From Ascoidea asiatica JCM 7603 (Eukaryota; Fungi; Ascomycota): a stretch of 64,000 bases of DNA. How positions within the stretch are numbered: the stretch's first letter is position 1; each line of letters opens with the position of its first letter. The position numbers and the translations under genes are program-made. The notes under the pieces were generated by a model, which saw only the letters and a program-made list of their open reading frames with translations, was not told the DNA's origin and did no database searches. Where the stretch lies: positions 1,188,391 through 1,252,390 of the forward strand of contig BCKQ01000004.1 of the NCBI GenBank assembly GCA_001600695.1. Direction: 5' to 3'. Below are positions 11,849 through 24,654 of the stretch, piece after piece.

Positions 11849-12353
11849 TATTCTATAATAATTAATAATCTTTATTGAAATAAATGTACAATTGAAATCT
11901 TTATCAATGAATATAATTTAAATCTATGAAAACTTGAATTGAATTAAAGCTTCTTTCATATTAAAATCAGAATAAATTTATTTTTGATTCTTAAAACAAC
12001 ACTAAGAAAATATAAATAATTCTAAAGAAAGTTATGTAATTCCTTACGTGTTATTACGTAATATATAAATTTCACTTTTTTAAAACATAAAGCCAAATTT
12101 GTGGATTTTCTTTTTACTTGCTTAGTCATCGATTAGTCACCCGGAAATATCATGGAAAATTTAAATAAATCCTGAACACGGTTTTAAAAATATCCGCGGA
12201 ATCTTATTTTGATTGTTGTTTTGCAAAATGTAAACAATTAAAAAAAATAAGAATCTTATTGAAATAATACAACAATTGACTAAGTTGATTGAGTAAATCA
12301 ATTGATTTAAACTAGAGGATAAGATATTGCAAATTATATTATAATAATAAGAA

Positions 12354-12863
12354 ATGGGAGTACAGCCGCCAAAAGGAATCAATAGGAATAAATTCAGGAA
12401 AATACTAAAATCAAAGATTGATATATTATGTGATGAGAAAAATATTAAATTCAATAAAACTCAAAGATTGAGAACATTGAATAGAATGAGAAATAATAAA
12501 GAAGATATTGAAATTAGAGAAAATGAATCAATTTTAGAAAATGAAGAAAAAAACAAGGAAATTGATCAATCTAATTTAAAAACTAATCAAAATGATAAAG
12601 ATATTATTAATAAAGATATTGATATTGAAAACCAGGAAGAAAGAAATAAAGTTATGAACAATGATGAAATAAAAATTAAGGGACCTTCTTATAGAATTAA
12701 AAAAGATTCAACAGATCTTGTGATATATTTAAATTATATTTTATTTATGAATTCTTTAATGAATGAAATTAAAATTTTACAAAATGATGAAAAATCAAAT
12801 GATTTAAGTTTATTACATCTCTATAAAATAAAAACAAATTTACTAAAAAAATTTAAAGGTTAA
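12354..12863 (+). CDS. WIP1: CENP-W/Wip1-like kinetochore histone-fold protein with a long internal insertion
   Basis: N-terminal NRNKFRKILKSK and C-terminal RIKKDSTDLVIYLNYILFMNSLMNE...LLHLYKIKTNLLKKFKG match the CENP-W pattern (D-L-x-x-x-L-N-x-x-L-F...L-K-K-x-R/K-G). Confidence 0.7.
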   Translation: MGVQPPKGINRNKFRKILKSKIDILCDEKNIKFNKTQRLRTLNRMRNNKEDIEIRENESILENEEKNKEIDQSNLKTNQNDKDIINKDIDIENQEERNKVMNNDEIKIKGPSYRIKKDSTDLVIYLNYILFMNSLMNEIKILQNDEKSNDLSLLHLYKIKTNLLKKFKG

Positions 12864-12970
12864 CTCACTAACCTTCCAAAAATATATCTATATCTTTCAC
12901 ATACCCTCTAATTTAAAATGAATATCAACTAAAATATTGAAAAAAAAAAAAAAAGCATATTGAATGTTTC

Positions 12971-15900
12971 TTAACAAAAACAAAATTCAATGTTTTTTTC
13001 CTTAATGATTTCCCAATAATCTTTACCTGATTCCCAAGTTTCCATCATTAAAGTATAACCTTTACATGCACAAACAACTCCTTGAGTACTTAAACTATAT
13101 AATCTTGATGCAAAATTTTTTTTATTTTCATCATCAATTGAATTACATCCTGTACAAAATAATGAAAAAATAGTAAATGCTTCAATCATACTTCCTTGTG
13201 GTATATATTTTGAAAAATATAATTTCATTTTCTCAACAATATTTTGAATCAATTCAGATTCTTTTGGTATATATAAAACTCTTCTATATAAATTTAATAA
13301 AAATGTATATCCATAAACTTTATTTAAAACTTTTAAAATTTTAAATGGATTATCATTAAATTCTTTCATATTTTTATTATAATTATTTTTTAAAATTTCT
13401 GGCCATTCAAATTCATTATCATCATTATCTTCATCAATATCATCTATTGCTTCTTCATTTCCTTTAAATCCTTTTAAAATTAATTCTTTTAATTCTCTAG
13501 CTTTTTTATTAATATCTAAAATCATTTTTTCATTATTAGATTCTGAAATATTTTCATTTTTTTCATTTAATTTTTCCCTTTTTCTAATCAAATTTGAAAC
13601 TTCTGAATATAATGGAAATAATTTAATATCAAATCCTAATAATGGATCAATATGTAATTTATTTGAATGTTTATAATTATTATAATTATCTTGATTTTCC
13701 CATATTAATAATCTATCATCAAGCATTGTTTTATCTTTTGGTTGAAATAATTTTGATGTAAATGATGCAATTAAATCACCATATGCAAACCATTTCATGA
13801 AAAAAATACATATATCACTTTCTTTAGGTGGTGTTAATGTTCCAACAACTTTCACATCATCATTACCATTATTATTATTATTATTAGTTCTATGCTTATA
13901 TTTGGAACTATAAATTCTGATTAAACCTCTTGATAATAAAATTTTTCTAACTCCATTAATATGTACTCTCCATCTTAATTTAGTAGAATAAACAACTTCA
14001 TAAGTGCTCAATAATACAATTATTGCTAAGGTTATATCATTTTTTGCCTTTTCTTCATCTGTTAATAAAACTATTAATTCTTTCAAACATCTAGACATCA
14101 ATCCACTAATTACTTCTTTACAATCTTTAAAATCATTGATTTTATATAAAGAATCTAAATGTTCTTGAGGAATATTCAAAATATCATAATTTCCCTTACC
14201 ATTATTCAAATTTAATGAAAATCCATTATAAATCATTTGTTTATGAGAAACTGCAAATGTCAATAATAATGACAATAACCCATCATTAGTTAGTGCCATT
14301 TGAGGTAAAATTGTTTTTGTTGGATTATCTTTATATATAGAAGGTGGTGCAGAAACAATGGCATTTGCAGTGACATTTAAATAAAAATGAAATAATTCTC
14401 TATAATAAGAAACATTCAATAGTAAATCTGGCAATGGTAATACAGGATATGGAATATTTTGAAAAAATTCTTCTGGATTCATAGAATATTTATTTGAGCC
14501 AAAAAAACCCTCTACTTCTTCTATTTTTGTAAAATCAGTTATAACTTCATTTGAATTTTTGAGTGATTCAGGTACAAGAGAATTAAACTCTTGACTTTGA
14601 ATGAAATTATTATTTTGAACCGGAATCTGATATTCAATAGGATCATTTAACTGAGAATTAAAATTTTGTGTAATATTTGAAGGAAGCGTAGTCTGATTCA
14701 ATATAACTTGATTTTGCTCTATTGATATATCATTAGTATTAAAATTATTAAAATTATCAGAATTATCAAAACTTTGGCTTGCAGAAATATAACTTAAGGG
14801 ATTATGGGATTGATTGGAATATGAACTAAATAAAAAAGAATAATAGTCAGCTTTACTCTCCAAATTTTGAGCATTTCTTTGTTTGTATAAAGCACCGATA
14901 TTTTGAACATCACTTTTATAATCAACAGCTGATAGATTATTATCATAATCAATATTAAGTTCTTTGGAATATTGACTTTGAGAATCAATAACTGTGTTAG
15001 TATTACGATCAAAAAAATAATTATTACTTATCATATTGCTATTATCTAAATTATTAGATGAAAACTCATTTTCTAGAGGAAAATCTTTTATTGAAGAAAA
15101 ATTCAGGTCATCCAAATTAGGATCTATATTTGATAAATTATTTATAGTATTGATAATGTTATAATTTTCAAATTTAGTTATTGGATTTCTTGGATTATTA
15201 TAAGGTATTGATGTTGAAGGAAATACAGTCAAGTTTCTTTTAGAATCTAAATTATTACCTAATAAAGAGGATGAGGATTCAGGTGTTATAGTGTAAGTAT
15301 GCTGATTTGAATAGGAGTTATTATTGAATCCATAAATATCATTCTTGATGTTAGGATTTAAAGTTTGATTTGAATTGACCAAAGTAGAAATAAAATTTTT
15401 TGAATTCGAAAATTGAATAGATATTGGATCAGGATTTATCATTGGAGAGTCTATATCATTTTTTAGAGTTTGAATGCTATTTGATAATACATTGGGTGAA
15501 AAAACAGATGGTGTCAATGGACTAGGTTGTTGATTATTATAATTGTTATCAGTGATAACATATTGTTGATTATTTGGTGATTGCATGCTTTGAATATTGA
15601 GTTTATTTGGATTATTAGAATTACTGGAAATATTTGAAATAACTGGAACATTTGGTATACTTGGTTGTATTATATGTTGACCCATTTGTGTAGATTGTTG
15701 GAACAATAAAGAACCTTGAGGTTGAATCTGTGATTGAAGTTGTTGATTTCCTAAAGTATTTGATGATTGAAATGAAGTGTCTAATTTCTGTCGTTTATTT
15801 AAATTACTTTCAATATTTATATATGGATTTTGATAATTATTTTGAGTGTAAAATTGATTGTTAATGAAGGCATTATGAAATGAAGTATTAAGATTAGGGG

Positions 15901-16530
15901 CTATAGGGCTTATATTATTATTATTATTATTATTAATATTATTAATATCATTAATATCATTAATATTATTAGTATCAGATGAAATTGAAAAATCAGTAAA
16001 TGGATTATTTATATTTGTACAATATTTATTTAAATTATGTTTTCTATCATTTAAATTTTTATATGGTCTACCATTCCAAGATAATTTTTTTGTATAATCA
16101 CATTTTAAATTAGATTTAATACAATGAGAACAAATTGGTTTTAATTCATCACATTTTATTTTTTTACTTTTACAAGTTTGACAACCATTTCTACTTCTCT
16201 TTTTTTTAACTTTTGCAATTGATTGTGATTTTATTTTAGTATTGTTAATTTTTATAGTAGGTTTTTTCAAAGTATTATCTTTGGGAATAATATTTACTTC
16301 ATTTTCATTTAAATTATTTGAACTAGTATCTTTATCATTGGAAGTTGAAATTTTTGGCGATGAATTCGGTATATCGTCTTTAGAGTTTGTAAGTTTATCA
16401 GAATTAAAATTTATCTTTAAAAAAGTAATAAAAAAAAGAGAGAATTATAAATTAGTTAGTTTAATTTGATTGAAAAAATTGAAAATAAAAAACAATGAAA
16501 AAAATTTCTACTTACTATTTTAAAAGACAT
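12971..16530 (-). CDS. Zn(II)2Cys6 transcription factor with C-terminal fungal TF domain; exons 16530-16516 and 16414-12971, ~1152 aa
   Basis: RSRNGCQTCKSKKIKCDELKPICSHCIKSNLKCDY zinc cluster. The track start at 16270 is a TTG; ATG TCT TTT AAA ATA|GTAAGT at 16530 splices in frame to AAG|ATA at 16414. Confidence 0.88.
16415..16515 (-). other. Spliceosomal intron of the Zn2Cys6 gene (101 nt, phase 0)
   Basis: GTAAGT donor, AACTAAC branch at 16461-16455, T-rich tract, TAAAG acceptor. Confidence 0.8.
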
Positions 16531-17699
16531 AGTTTAGTCTAAAGTAATGGAATTTTAATTGTATTTGTATTTTTATTTTGAAATAATTCTAGTAATGGTC
16601 CCTATTTATTTGAATAAAAATAAAATATAAAGAATGAAGGTAAATTTATGAGAAAAACAGAATATTTTTATGATTTGATTAGATGATTTAGTTTTTTGAG
16701 TGATTTATTAAAGAATATTACCCTTGAATGATAAGGGAAAATAGGTAAAGTTAAATGAATAATTTTGAAATCGACTTAAGTTTAATCTCTGGGACAAAGT
16801 CAACTATATTATTGAGGAATAAGTATGAATAAAATGCCAAATAGTTGGATGCAATATAAAACAGGAGAGTCAAAGTGTAGACTGTATGATAAAGTTGGAT
16901 TATAGATTAGATTTAGGTTAAAGGATTATAGAATTAGAATTAAAATTAGAATTGAAAAGGTTTAAAATCAGGACTCGTGATGAGTGTAAGAAATTCTTGA
17001 AAAAAGTTAATATTTGAACTTGATTAGTGTATGAAAAATAAGTATTTTGGAAGATTATTTGAAATATATTCAAATTTGGATTGGATTAGATTTGAATTTG
17101 AATTCAATTAAAGCTATTTTTTTTTTGATATTATTCTAGAAAAATGGTAGTAGTTAAAAAAAAGTCTGATTAATTTTGGAGAATCATTTACAAACAGTGC
17201 CTGATCAATATGATAAGATACATTCACTCTACTTCGAGCTCTTGAAACTTCTTTGAATCTTTCTTTTCAATCTATTTGATGTTATTAATTCTTTTAAACT
17301 TTTCATTCTCTTGTTTCTCAAGTTTATTCCAAGTTCTCAGTTTAATCCTTAATTTTATCCTGAATTTCATCCACAAAGTCTTATTCTCCGACTAATTTCT
17401 TTCTGTTTTCGGAATGACTCTGACTTCCGGTCGGGAATCGCCGCTGAGGTTTTGTGGTTCCGTTGGCCAAAGGACCGAGGAACAGCAGTTAAGTGATTGC
17501 CGTTTGCTTTCCGAGGTATGCATCTCAGTGCTACCAATCTCGACAAAGTTCAGTCGGATTGACAAAAATAGCTTAATATTTTGGAGATAGTCTCTATTTC
17601 ATGTAGATCAGAATGTTCTCAAAGAAAGATTTTAGAAAAAAAAATAGAATGCAGGTCTATATATTATATATTACAAATCCCATAACTATCTATTACATC

Positions 17700-18791
17700 T
17701 CATATTTTTATATCTATGGATTTGATTCCTTCATATAAACTTTTAATTTCATTTTCATTCTCAATTTGATCGTTTTTGTTGGTTATGTGAGTATCTATTG
17801 AGTCTTTCAGTATTATAGGTTCTAGATTCTCTGGCTTGGTTATAATCTTATTGATATCTTGATATGAACCAGAGTCAATTTCTGACTGAATTTCTGATAT
17901 TTGATTATTGGTTTCATCTATCTCTGATATTTTCTCAATATTTAAATTTTCATTTTCTTTTTTTTCAAATTCTTCTTCCTCCTCATCATCACTAAAAGGA
18001 ATATAATTTTGTTGAACAATTCTACTATTATTATTTGAATCTAAACTTATATTAACACTATTTTTTAATTTATCAACTCTTTGTTGATGATATTCTTCTT
18101 CTAAAGTTAATAACCAATTTTCTTGAGCTAATTTTATACTATCACTATCACTACAATTTGAATATATTTCAAAAATTTCTTGATTAATTTTAAGAAATTC
18201 TTCACCATATGAAAAATTTTCAAGTAATTTAACAGCTAATTCCATTTCACCAATTATTACAAAACATGAAGCTAAAGCTTCAACACAATTTAATTTCCAT
18301 GCTTTACCATAATTTACAGTATTTGCAGCAACTAAATATGGTAATAATCTTTCATTATTATTTGATGACATTTTATTAAATGGAATTTCATTTTCTTCAA
18401 TTTTTGCCCATGAACATTCAATAACTGCAACACCTTTTTCAAAAATAATATCTTTATCATTTGGTGAAATAATTTTTTTACCATTTGAAGAAATTACTAA
18501 ACCATTAAATCTTGAACCAATTTTTAAACTTTTAATTAATCCTAATCTTTCAAGTTTTTTACCAGAACATCTTTTTGGATCACATTGATTAAAATCCCAC
18601 ATTGCTATATTTATTGGTAATTCTTCACCATTTAAATTATGTGTTATTACATTTCCTGTACCATGATGATGATTATAATGATTTTTATGTCCTTTATGAT
18701 TTGAACCTGATTTTTGATTATATTTTGTTGTTCGAGATTTATTATTTGAATTTAAATCTTTTTCTTTTGTTTTATTTTTTCCTTTTCCCAT
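17700..18791 (-). CDS. TSR3: 18S rRNA aminocarboxypropyltransferase
   Basis: AMWDFNQCDPKRCSGKKL, ECSWA, RLLPYLVAANTVNYGKAWKLNCVEALA. Confidence 0.96.
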   Translation of the reverse strand: MGKGKNKTKEKDLNSNNKSRTTKYNQKSGSNHKGHKNHYNHHHGTGNVITHNLNGEELPINIAMWDFNQCDPKRCSGKKLERLGLIKSLKIGSRFNGLVISSNGKKIISPNDKDIIFEKGVAVIECSWAKIEENEIPFNKMSSNNNERLLPYLVAANTVNYGKAWKLNCVEALASCFVIIGEMELAVKLLENFSYGEEFLKINQEIFEIYSNCSDSDSIKLAQENWLLTLEEEYHQQRVDKLKNSVNISLDSNNNSRIVQQNYIPFSDDEEEEEFEKKENENLNIEKISEIDETNNQISEIQSEIDSGSYQDINKIITKPENLEPIILKDSIDTHITNKNDQIENENEIKSLYEGIKSIDIKI

Positions 18792-20510
18792 TTTTATTAA
18801 ATACTCTTTTTTATTATTTTTTTTTAATAATCTTATTCAACTATTGAAGTAAATTGATATCATTCATTTATTCATTCATTCATTCATTTATTCATTTATT
18901 CATTTTTTAATAATTGTAAACCGAAAAATAAAAAAATTTAAGATTATTCAAATAACCAAACCCCTTAAATCAAAAAAATCAATGTAGACCCCTTAAGACA
19001 TGTGACTTTCATTTCAACCTCCACGGAAATGTTCTAGACTTTGCAACTTCAAAGCAAAAATTCTTTGTAATTTGGAATAATCTCAACAGAATAAATGAAC
19101 GATATTTGACACAGTCATAAAACTTGAAAAAAAAGAATTTTATTTTTATCTGTGAATATTTCAGTAAATTCTTTTTTTGAATGCCATTGTTTGAAATTAC
19201 AAACCTACTATGATTAAATACAATTAGATATTAGAAGTGAAAGCTTTTTGTAAGTTAAATTAGAGAAATGATACTTTTATAAATATTTGAACTTTTCTTT
19301 TCTTTTCTTTTCTTATCGTAACATAATAACAATATACACTAAGATGTATTCATTGATTTACACTCATAAAATTTCATTTCAACGGTTTACAAAATATTAG
19401 TTTTAAACTGATAACCAAATACATTACCATTTTATTTTATTTCTTTACAATACCTATATTTATCTAATCTTATCAAATTATTAATATATTGAATGCAATA
19501 ACCTATAAAAATCTAGCTCATCTTAACATTACCTACAGAAACAATTTTTTTTTTATCTGCTAAAAGTTTCGAATTTAATTTTTTTCTAAAGTGTTGTTAA
19601 CCTCAATTTATCAGATGTTAATTCTAGCCATATTATCTCAGTCATACGGTATTCTAAAGATGATAAAAATCTATCTTTTCAAATAATCTTGAATAATCAT
19701 CTAGACTTCCTCATTTTTTTTTTTGATTGGAATATATAAATATTCAATAAAAAGAAATTTATAAATTTAAAAGTGTCTAATTTTAAATAATTCTTTTAAG
19801 TATCATTTTTATCATTATAAATTAAACAATCAAGGCTTCTACTTTAAGGTACTTTTTACATAATGCAAGAAAAAACGGACTTTTTATCTTCAATGCAAGA
19901 AAAGTAAAATATATTTTTGGACCTTATTAAAAAAAAAAACAAAAAAAAACATCTCCTTTGAAAGCAAAAGAAAGCTCGATTGATTTCTGGGGGCTTTAAA
20001 AATTTTTCATCAAATTCATCAAAAATTGTTGTTTTTGCATCTTTCTTACATATTTTTTTGTGTCTTTAGCATTTTTTGTGCTTTTTGTGCCCTCGGAAAT
20101 GCAGCCAGCTCTGTTTGTTATCCGGAATATGCACGTCGCGGCTGGCAAGAAACCCTACTGCTTAATTTAAGGTTTCATTGAAAGATTGGCGGACAAAAAT
20201 ATCTTGAAACATTTTCAAATATTCGAGCCAAGACGTTTTTACAATATATCCAGGTTCATGATTAATATAAATACTTGTCAAAGGAATGATTAATAAATTT
20301 AATATTTACTTTACTTCAATTATATTAATTATTTTTGTTTTCTTTTTCTCAGTTTATTCATATTAAAGATTATTGTAACTATTTTCAAATTCTCTTCATT
20401 TCAACAACTATAAATTCAAGTAAAACTACGATTCTTTATTATTGTATATTATTTATTATTATTTCATTTCAATTTTATTTAAAAGTTTAATTTAGTTCAG
20501 TTTTTTAATC

Positions 20511-22667
20511 ATGGGTTTAAAAGATATTGAACTTCCTGAATTGAATATTTCTAAATCAAAATCAATTCATTCAAGAAAAAATTCTCATTTACATAAACTT
20601 TCATCAATTAAAACATCATATTCACCACTTAAAGAAACTTCTGATTTACCAACATCTGCAAAATCTTCTGCTTTTATAAATCCATTTGAATATAAATCAA
20701 TGGAAATTAATGATGGTACTAATTTAAATGGTGATGATGATGATTTTCAATTACCTCCTCCTCAACAACAATTACGTTCAAGGAAAAAAACTTTTATTGA
20801 ACAAGTTAAAACTCCAGAAAATTATAATTTATTAAAAAAAGCAAAAACTTTTGTTCAAAATTTTGAAATTGATGAAATTCCAGAAATTGAAGATTATTAC
20901 TCTTCAGATTCTGATAATGATAATACATTAAATGAAATTTCAGAAAAAAGTAAAGAAAATAATAAAAATGATAATAATACTTTAATTCCAGGAATGGATG
21001 ATGATAGTGATAGTTATCAAAAAGATAATTTACCATTTTTAAAAAAAACTGAAAATTCAGGAATTTTATCAAATTTACTTTCACTTTATAATGAAGAAGA
21101 AAAATTAGAAAAATTAGAAAATATGGAAAGTTCAACATCAAATACAATCACAGAAATGAAACAATCAAATTTCCTTTCAACAGAAAAAAAGAGTAATAAT
21201 AATAATAAAGTTGGAGCACATGGTAGACAAAGTAGTACAAATTCATTAGAAATTCTTGCAGATCCAAATAATAAAAATAATATTAAAAATCATAGAAGAA
21301 AAAGTTCAATAATTGATTTAATTTCAATAAAATTTGATAAAAAAAAGAATAAAAAAAAATTAATAACGCAAAAAATTGCTTCAATTGTTCAAAGACAAAA
21401 ATTAATTTTAAAATTTTGTAAAGCATTTATGAATTATGGTGCTCCAACTTATAGATTAGAAAGTTATCTTTCGTTACTTGCAAAATCTTTAAATATTGAT
21501 GCACAATTTTTTTATTTACCAAATTGTATGATTGCATCATTTGATGATCCTTCAACAAGAACTTCAGAAATGCAATTAATTAAAGCTGCAGAAGGTGTAA
21601 ATTTAGCAAAATTATATGATTCATATTCAATTTATAGAGAAGTTGTAGCAGATGAAATTGATGTTGCTGAAGGTTATACAAGATTATCAATATTAATTAA
21701 TAGACCAGATCAATTAAAAAAAATATATAAAATATTACTATTTGCATTAAATAGTTCAATATTAACAGTATTTTCATTTGGAGGATATTGGACAGATATG
21801 GGAATTGTATTTGGATTAACATTAATAATTGGATTTGCCAAATTTCATATGACACCAAAATCATCAAGTTTAAGTTCATTATTTGAAGTATTTATATCAA
21901 TTCTTGTAAGTTTTATTGGTAGAGGACTTGGATCAATTGGAGATCAAAAATATTTTTGTTTTGCTTCAGTTACTCAAGGTTGTATAGCATTATTATTACC
22001 AGGATATATAATTTTAACAGGAGCTTTAGAATTACAATCAAGATCATTAATTGCAGGATCAGTTAGAATGTTTTATGCAATAATTTATTCATTATTTTTA
22101 AGTTTTGGTATAACATTAGGATCATTATTATATGGATGGGCAGATGAAAATGCAACAAGTGAAACAACATGTCCAAGATCATTATCACCATATTGGAAAA
22201 TACTTTTTGTACCAGTTTTATCACTTGGTATATGTCTTTTAAATCTTTCAAGATTGAAACAAACACTTTCAATGATAATTGTTGCATGTTGTGGATATTG
22301 TGCAACATATTTTTCTGGATTACATTTCACAAGTTCAAAAGAATTACCTGCATCAATTGGATCATTCGTAATTGGATTATTAGGTAATTTATATGCAAGA
22401 TTTTTAGGTGGATTAGCACTTGTTGTTATGTTACCAGCAGTAATGATTCAAGTACCAAATGGTATTGCATCAAAATCAAGTTTATTAGCAGGTATACAAC
22501 AAGCAAATGCTGCAAAATCAGGTTCTACTTCAACTACTTCATATACATCACTATCATTTGGAATTGATATGGTTGAAGTTGTAATTGGAATTTGTGTTGG
22601 ATTATTTATAGCACAATTAATAGTTTATCCAACAGGTAGAAAGAAGGGAAGTCCATTTACTTTATAG
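20511..22667 (+). CDS. PRM10: Prm10-like membrane protein (ThrE threonine/serine exporter family)
   Basis: KAFMNYGAPTYRLESY, FYLPNCMIASFDD, LLLPGYIILTGALELQSRSLIAGSVRMFYAIIYSLFLSFGITLG, ~10 hydrophobic segments. Confidence 0.85.
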   Translation: MGLKDIELPELNISKSKSIHSRKNSHLHKLSSIKTSYSPLKETSDLPTSAKSSAFINPFEYKSMEINDGTNLNGDDDDFQLPPPQQQLRSRKKTFIEQVKTPENYNLLKKAKTFVQNFEIDEIPEIEDYYSSDSDNDNTLNEISEKSKENNKNDNNTLIPGMDDDSDSYQKDNLPFLKKTENSGILSNLLSLYNEEEKLEKLENMESSTSNTITEMKQSNFLSTEKKSNNNNKVGAHGRQSSTNSLEILADPNNKNNIKNHRRKSSIIDLISIKFDKKKNKKKLITQKIASIVQRQKLILKFCKAFMNYGAPTYRLESYLSLLAKSLNIDAQFFYLPNCMIASFDDPSTRTSEMQLIKAAEGVNLAKLYDSYSIYREVVADEIDVAEGYTRLSILINRPDQLKKIYKILLFALNSSILTVFSFGGYWTDMGIVFGLTLIIGFAKFHMTPKSSSLSSLFEVFISILVSFIGRGLGSIGDQKYFCFASVTQGCIALLLPGYIILTGALELQSRSLIAGSVRMFYAIIYSLFLSFGITLGSLLYGWADENATSETTCPRSLSPYWKILFVPVLSLGICLLNLSRLKQTLSMIIVACCGYCATYFSGLHFTSSKELPASIGSFVIGLLGNLYARFLGGLALVVMLPAVMIQVPNGIASKSSLLAGIQQANAAKSGSTSTTSYTSLSFGIDMVEVVIGICVGLFIAQLIVYPTGRKKGSPFTL

Positions 22668-24654
22668 ATTTATACTCTTTGATGATTTTGATAATTTCAA
22701 AGAGTATTTAGGTATCATTACCTTTTACATTTCAATTCTTGTTACATAGATCTATATTACTATTATTATTACTGTTATTATTTTTATTACTATTGTTGTT
22801 TCTACTATACAGTATTCTCATTATTATTAAAGCAATTTCCGATTCGCATTACTGCGAGTAGAGCCAAAACAAATATGCGCTCACAAAAATACCGCTGTAA
22901 GACATTTGCGTGCTATTTGTTGTGCGCGCGCATTTTATACCAATGCAATATTGCACTGACAGGGTTTTGCACGCTTAATTTCCGTGGCGCAGCACTAAGT
23001 CATAATAATAAAGCCCTAGGGTAATAAAAAACAGACTGGGACAAATAATATTTTGTTATGGGGCAGTGCCTGGACAGTATTTTCATTGACAGAAAAACAA
23101 GATTTTTCGCAGCCCGGCAATTGGTTATTCATTTGCCATTGTTTTGGCGCCCCCGAAAAAGATTTTCAGCAGCAAAAAATCACCCTGTTTTTTGAATGTC
23201 TCGGAGTACGCTGTTACTCTTTCGATCGTGTACAAACCCAAAAAAGAATATTGAATATATAATCTCTGAAACCAATTCCGGAACAACTTTTTCCTTTCAA
23301 TTTAATAGGCTGAATCCAAATGGAAAAAAGGATATTTTTTATTATTTGAAAAATCTGTTGAAAAATACCTCAAGTGAAAGATCGTACCGGTTTTGTTTCT
23401 GTGGCCAATTTCACTGCTTGCACCAATCTCAGTTCTGTTTTTTGTAAGCCAAATGAACAAAAAGCCATTTCCGAAAGATTACAAACAAGAGAAAGAAAGA
23501 AAGAAGTCGTTTTTTTCATTCTTTTTAGCTACTTTTTCTTAGTAGTTTTGCTCTTTTTTTCAGATTATTATTAAAATAATGAGCAATATAAAATCAAACA
23601 AAAACATAGATGAAAAAAAACAGAAAGAAATAACCACAAAAATAACGTTATTAACCAGAATCAAATTAAAAAAATGAGGATTATAAATTGCGGTTTGAAT
23701 CCTGCTATTTCCTTCTTTTTTTTTATTTTTTTTACTCTATTTCTTATATTCATTTGTGAGTGTTTCACAGAAGCAAAAAATCAAATTAACCAGAATAGGT
23801 CTTGAACCGTTGAATTTACCAAATTTTACAATACTTACTAGAAATAATAGCCTAGTTACCAGCATGGTGACTACCTTACTTACTACCACTACCACAATTA
23901 CTTCCATAGTGGGGCATTTACTGCTATTTCTTTTTTATAATTTTTGCATTTTGACTTTCGGGTCCGATAAAATTGTGTATAATTGCTTGGATCTTGATTG
24001 CCTATTTCGGATTTCTTACAATCTTGACCACCCTGAGTGTTTTGACCACATTGACTATCTTGACTATTTCCATTATTTTTATTATTATGACTATTTTCAT
24101 TATCTTCTGTTGTTTTCCCTCTTCTTTTCTTTTCTTTTTTCTCATTTTTGTTCTGTTTTAAACATTCATCACATTTATTTCACTTATTAATTCACTTATT
24201 AATTCATTTATTCCTTTCTTTCTCTCATTTATACAGTTTTCTTATGTAATTTTAGGAAATGGTTCTTTTTTGCCCCTCTTTTTAATCTTTAAGTTTTATA
24301 ATTTTTAAACATTTATTCTTTAATCAATATCTATTTGGCGCATAATTTGATTTAGTTTTATAATTTTTAAACAGTTTTTATATATTTTTCCATATATCAA
24401 ATAAAAAAAGGATTAATCTATTCTAAAAGTTCTTTCAATAAAGTATTATGGATTAATTTTAATTTATAATCTTAGATGATATTATTGTATATATAAGTTA
24501 CTTAATTACCTACCATTTTTATCTTAAATTCAATCTTAATTTTAAAAAAACTATACAATTGAATTTGAATGAGAAGTTTATATATAAGCTTATTAAACTT
24601 TGAATAATTGAACGATAATAATAAACAATTTGAAATTTTCTAATATTTTTCAAA

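Noticed and set aside
18914-19006. GTCACATG plus CCGAAA resembling a point centromere
   Set aside because: The two motifs are on opposite strands and CDEIII does not match; better read as the TSR3 promoter.
23756-24190. 144-aa and 62-aa track ORFs upstream of the ATO gene
   Set aside because: Non-ATG starts and low-complexity products explained by the 9-bp repeat and T-rich DNA.
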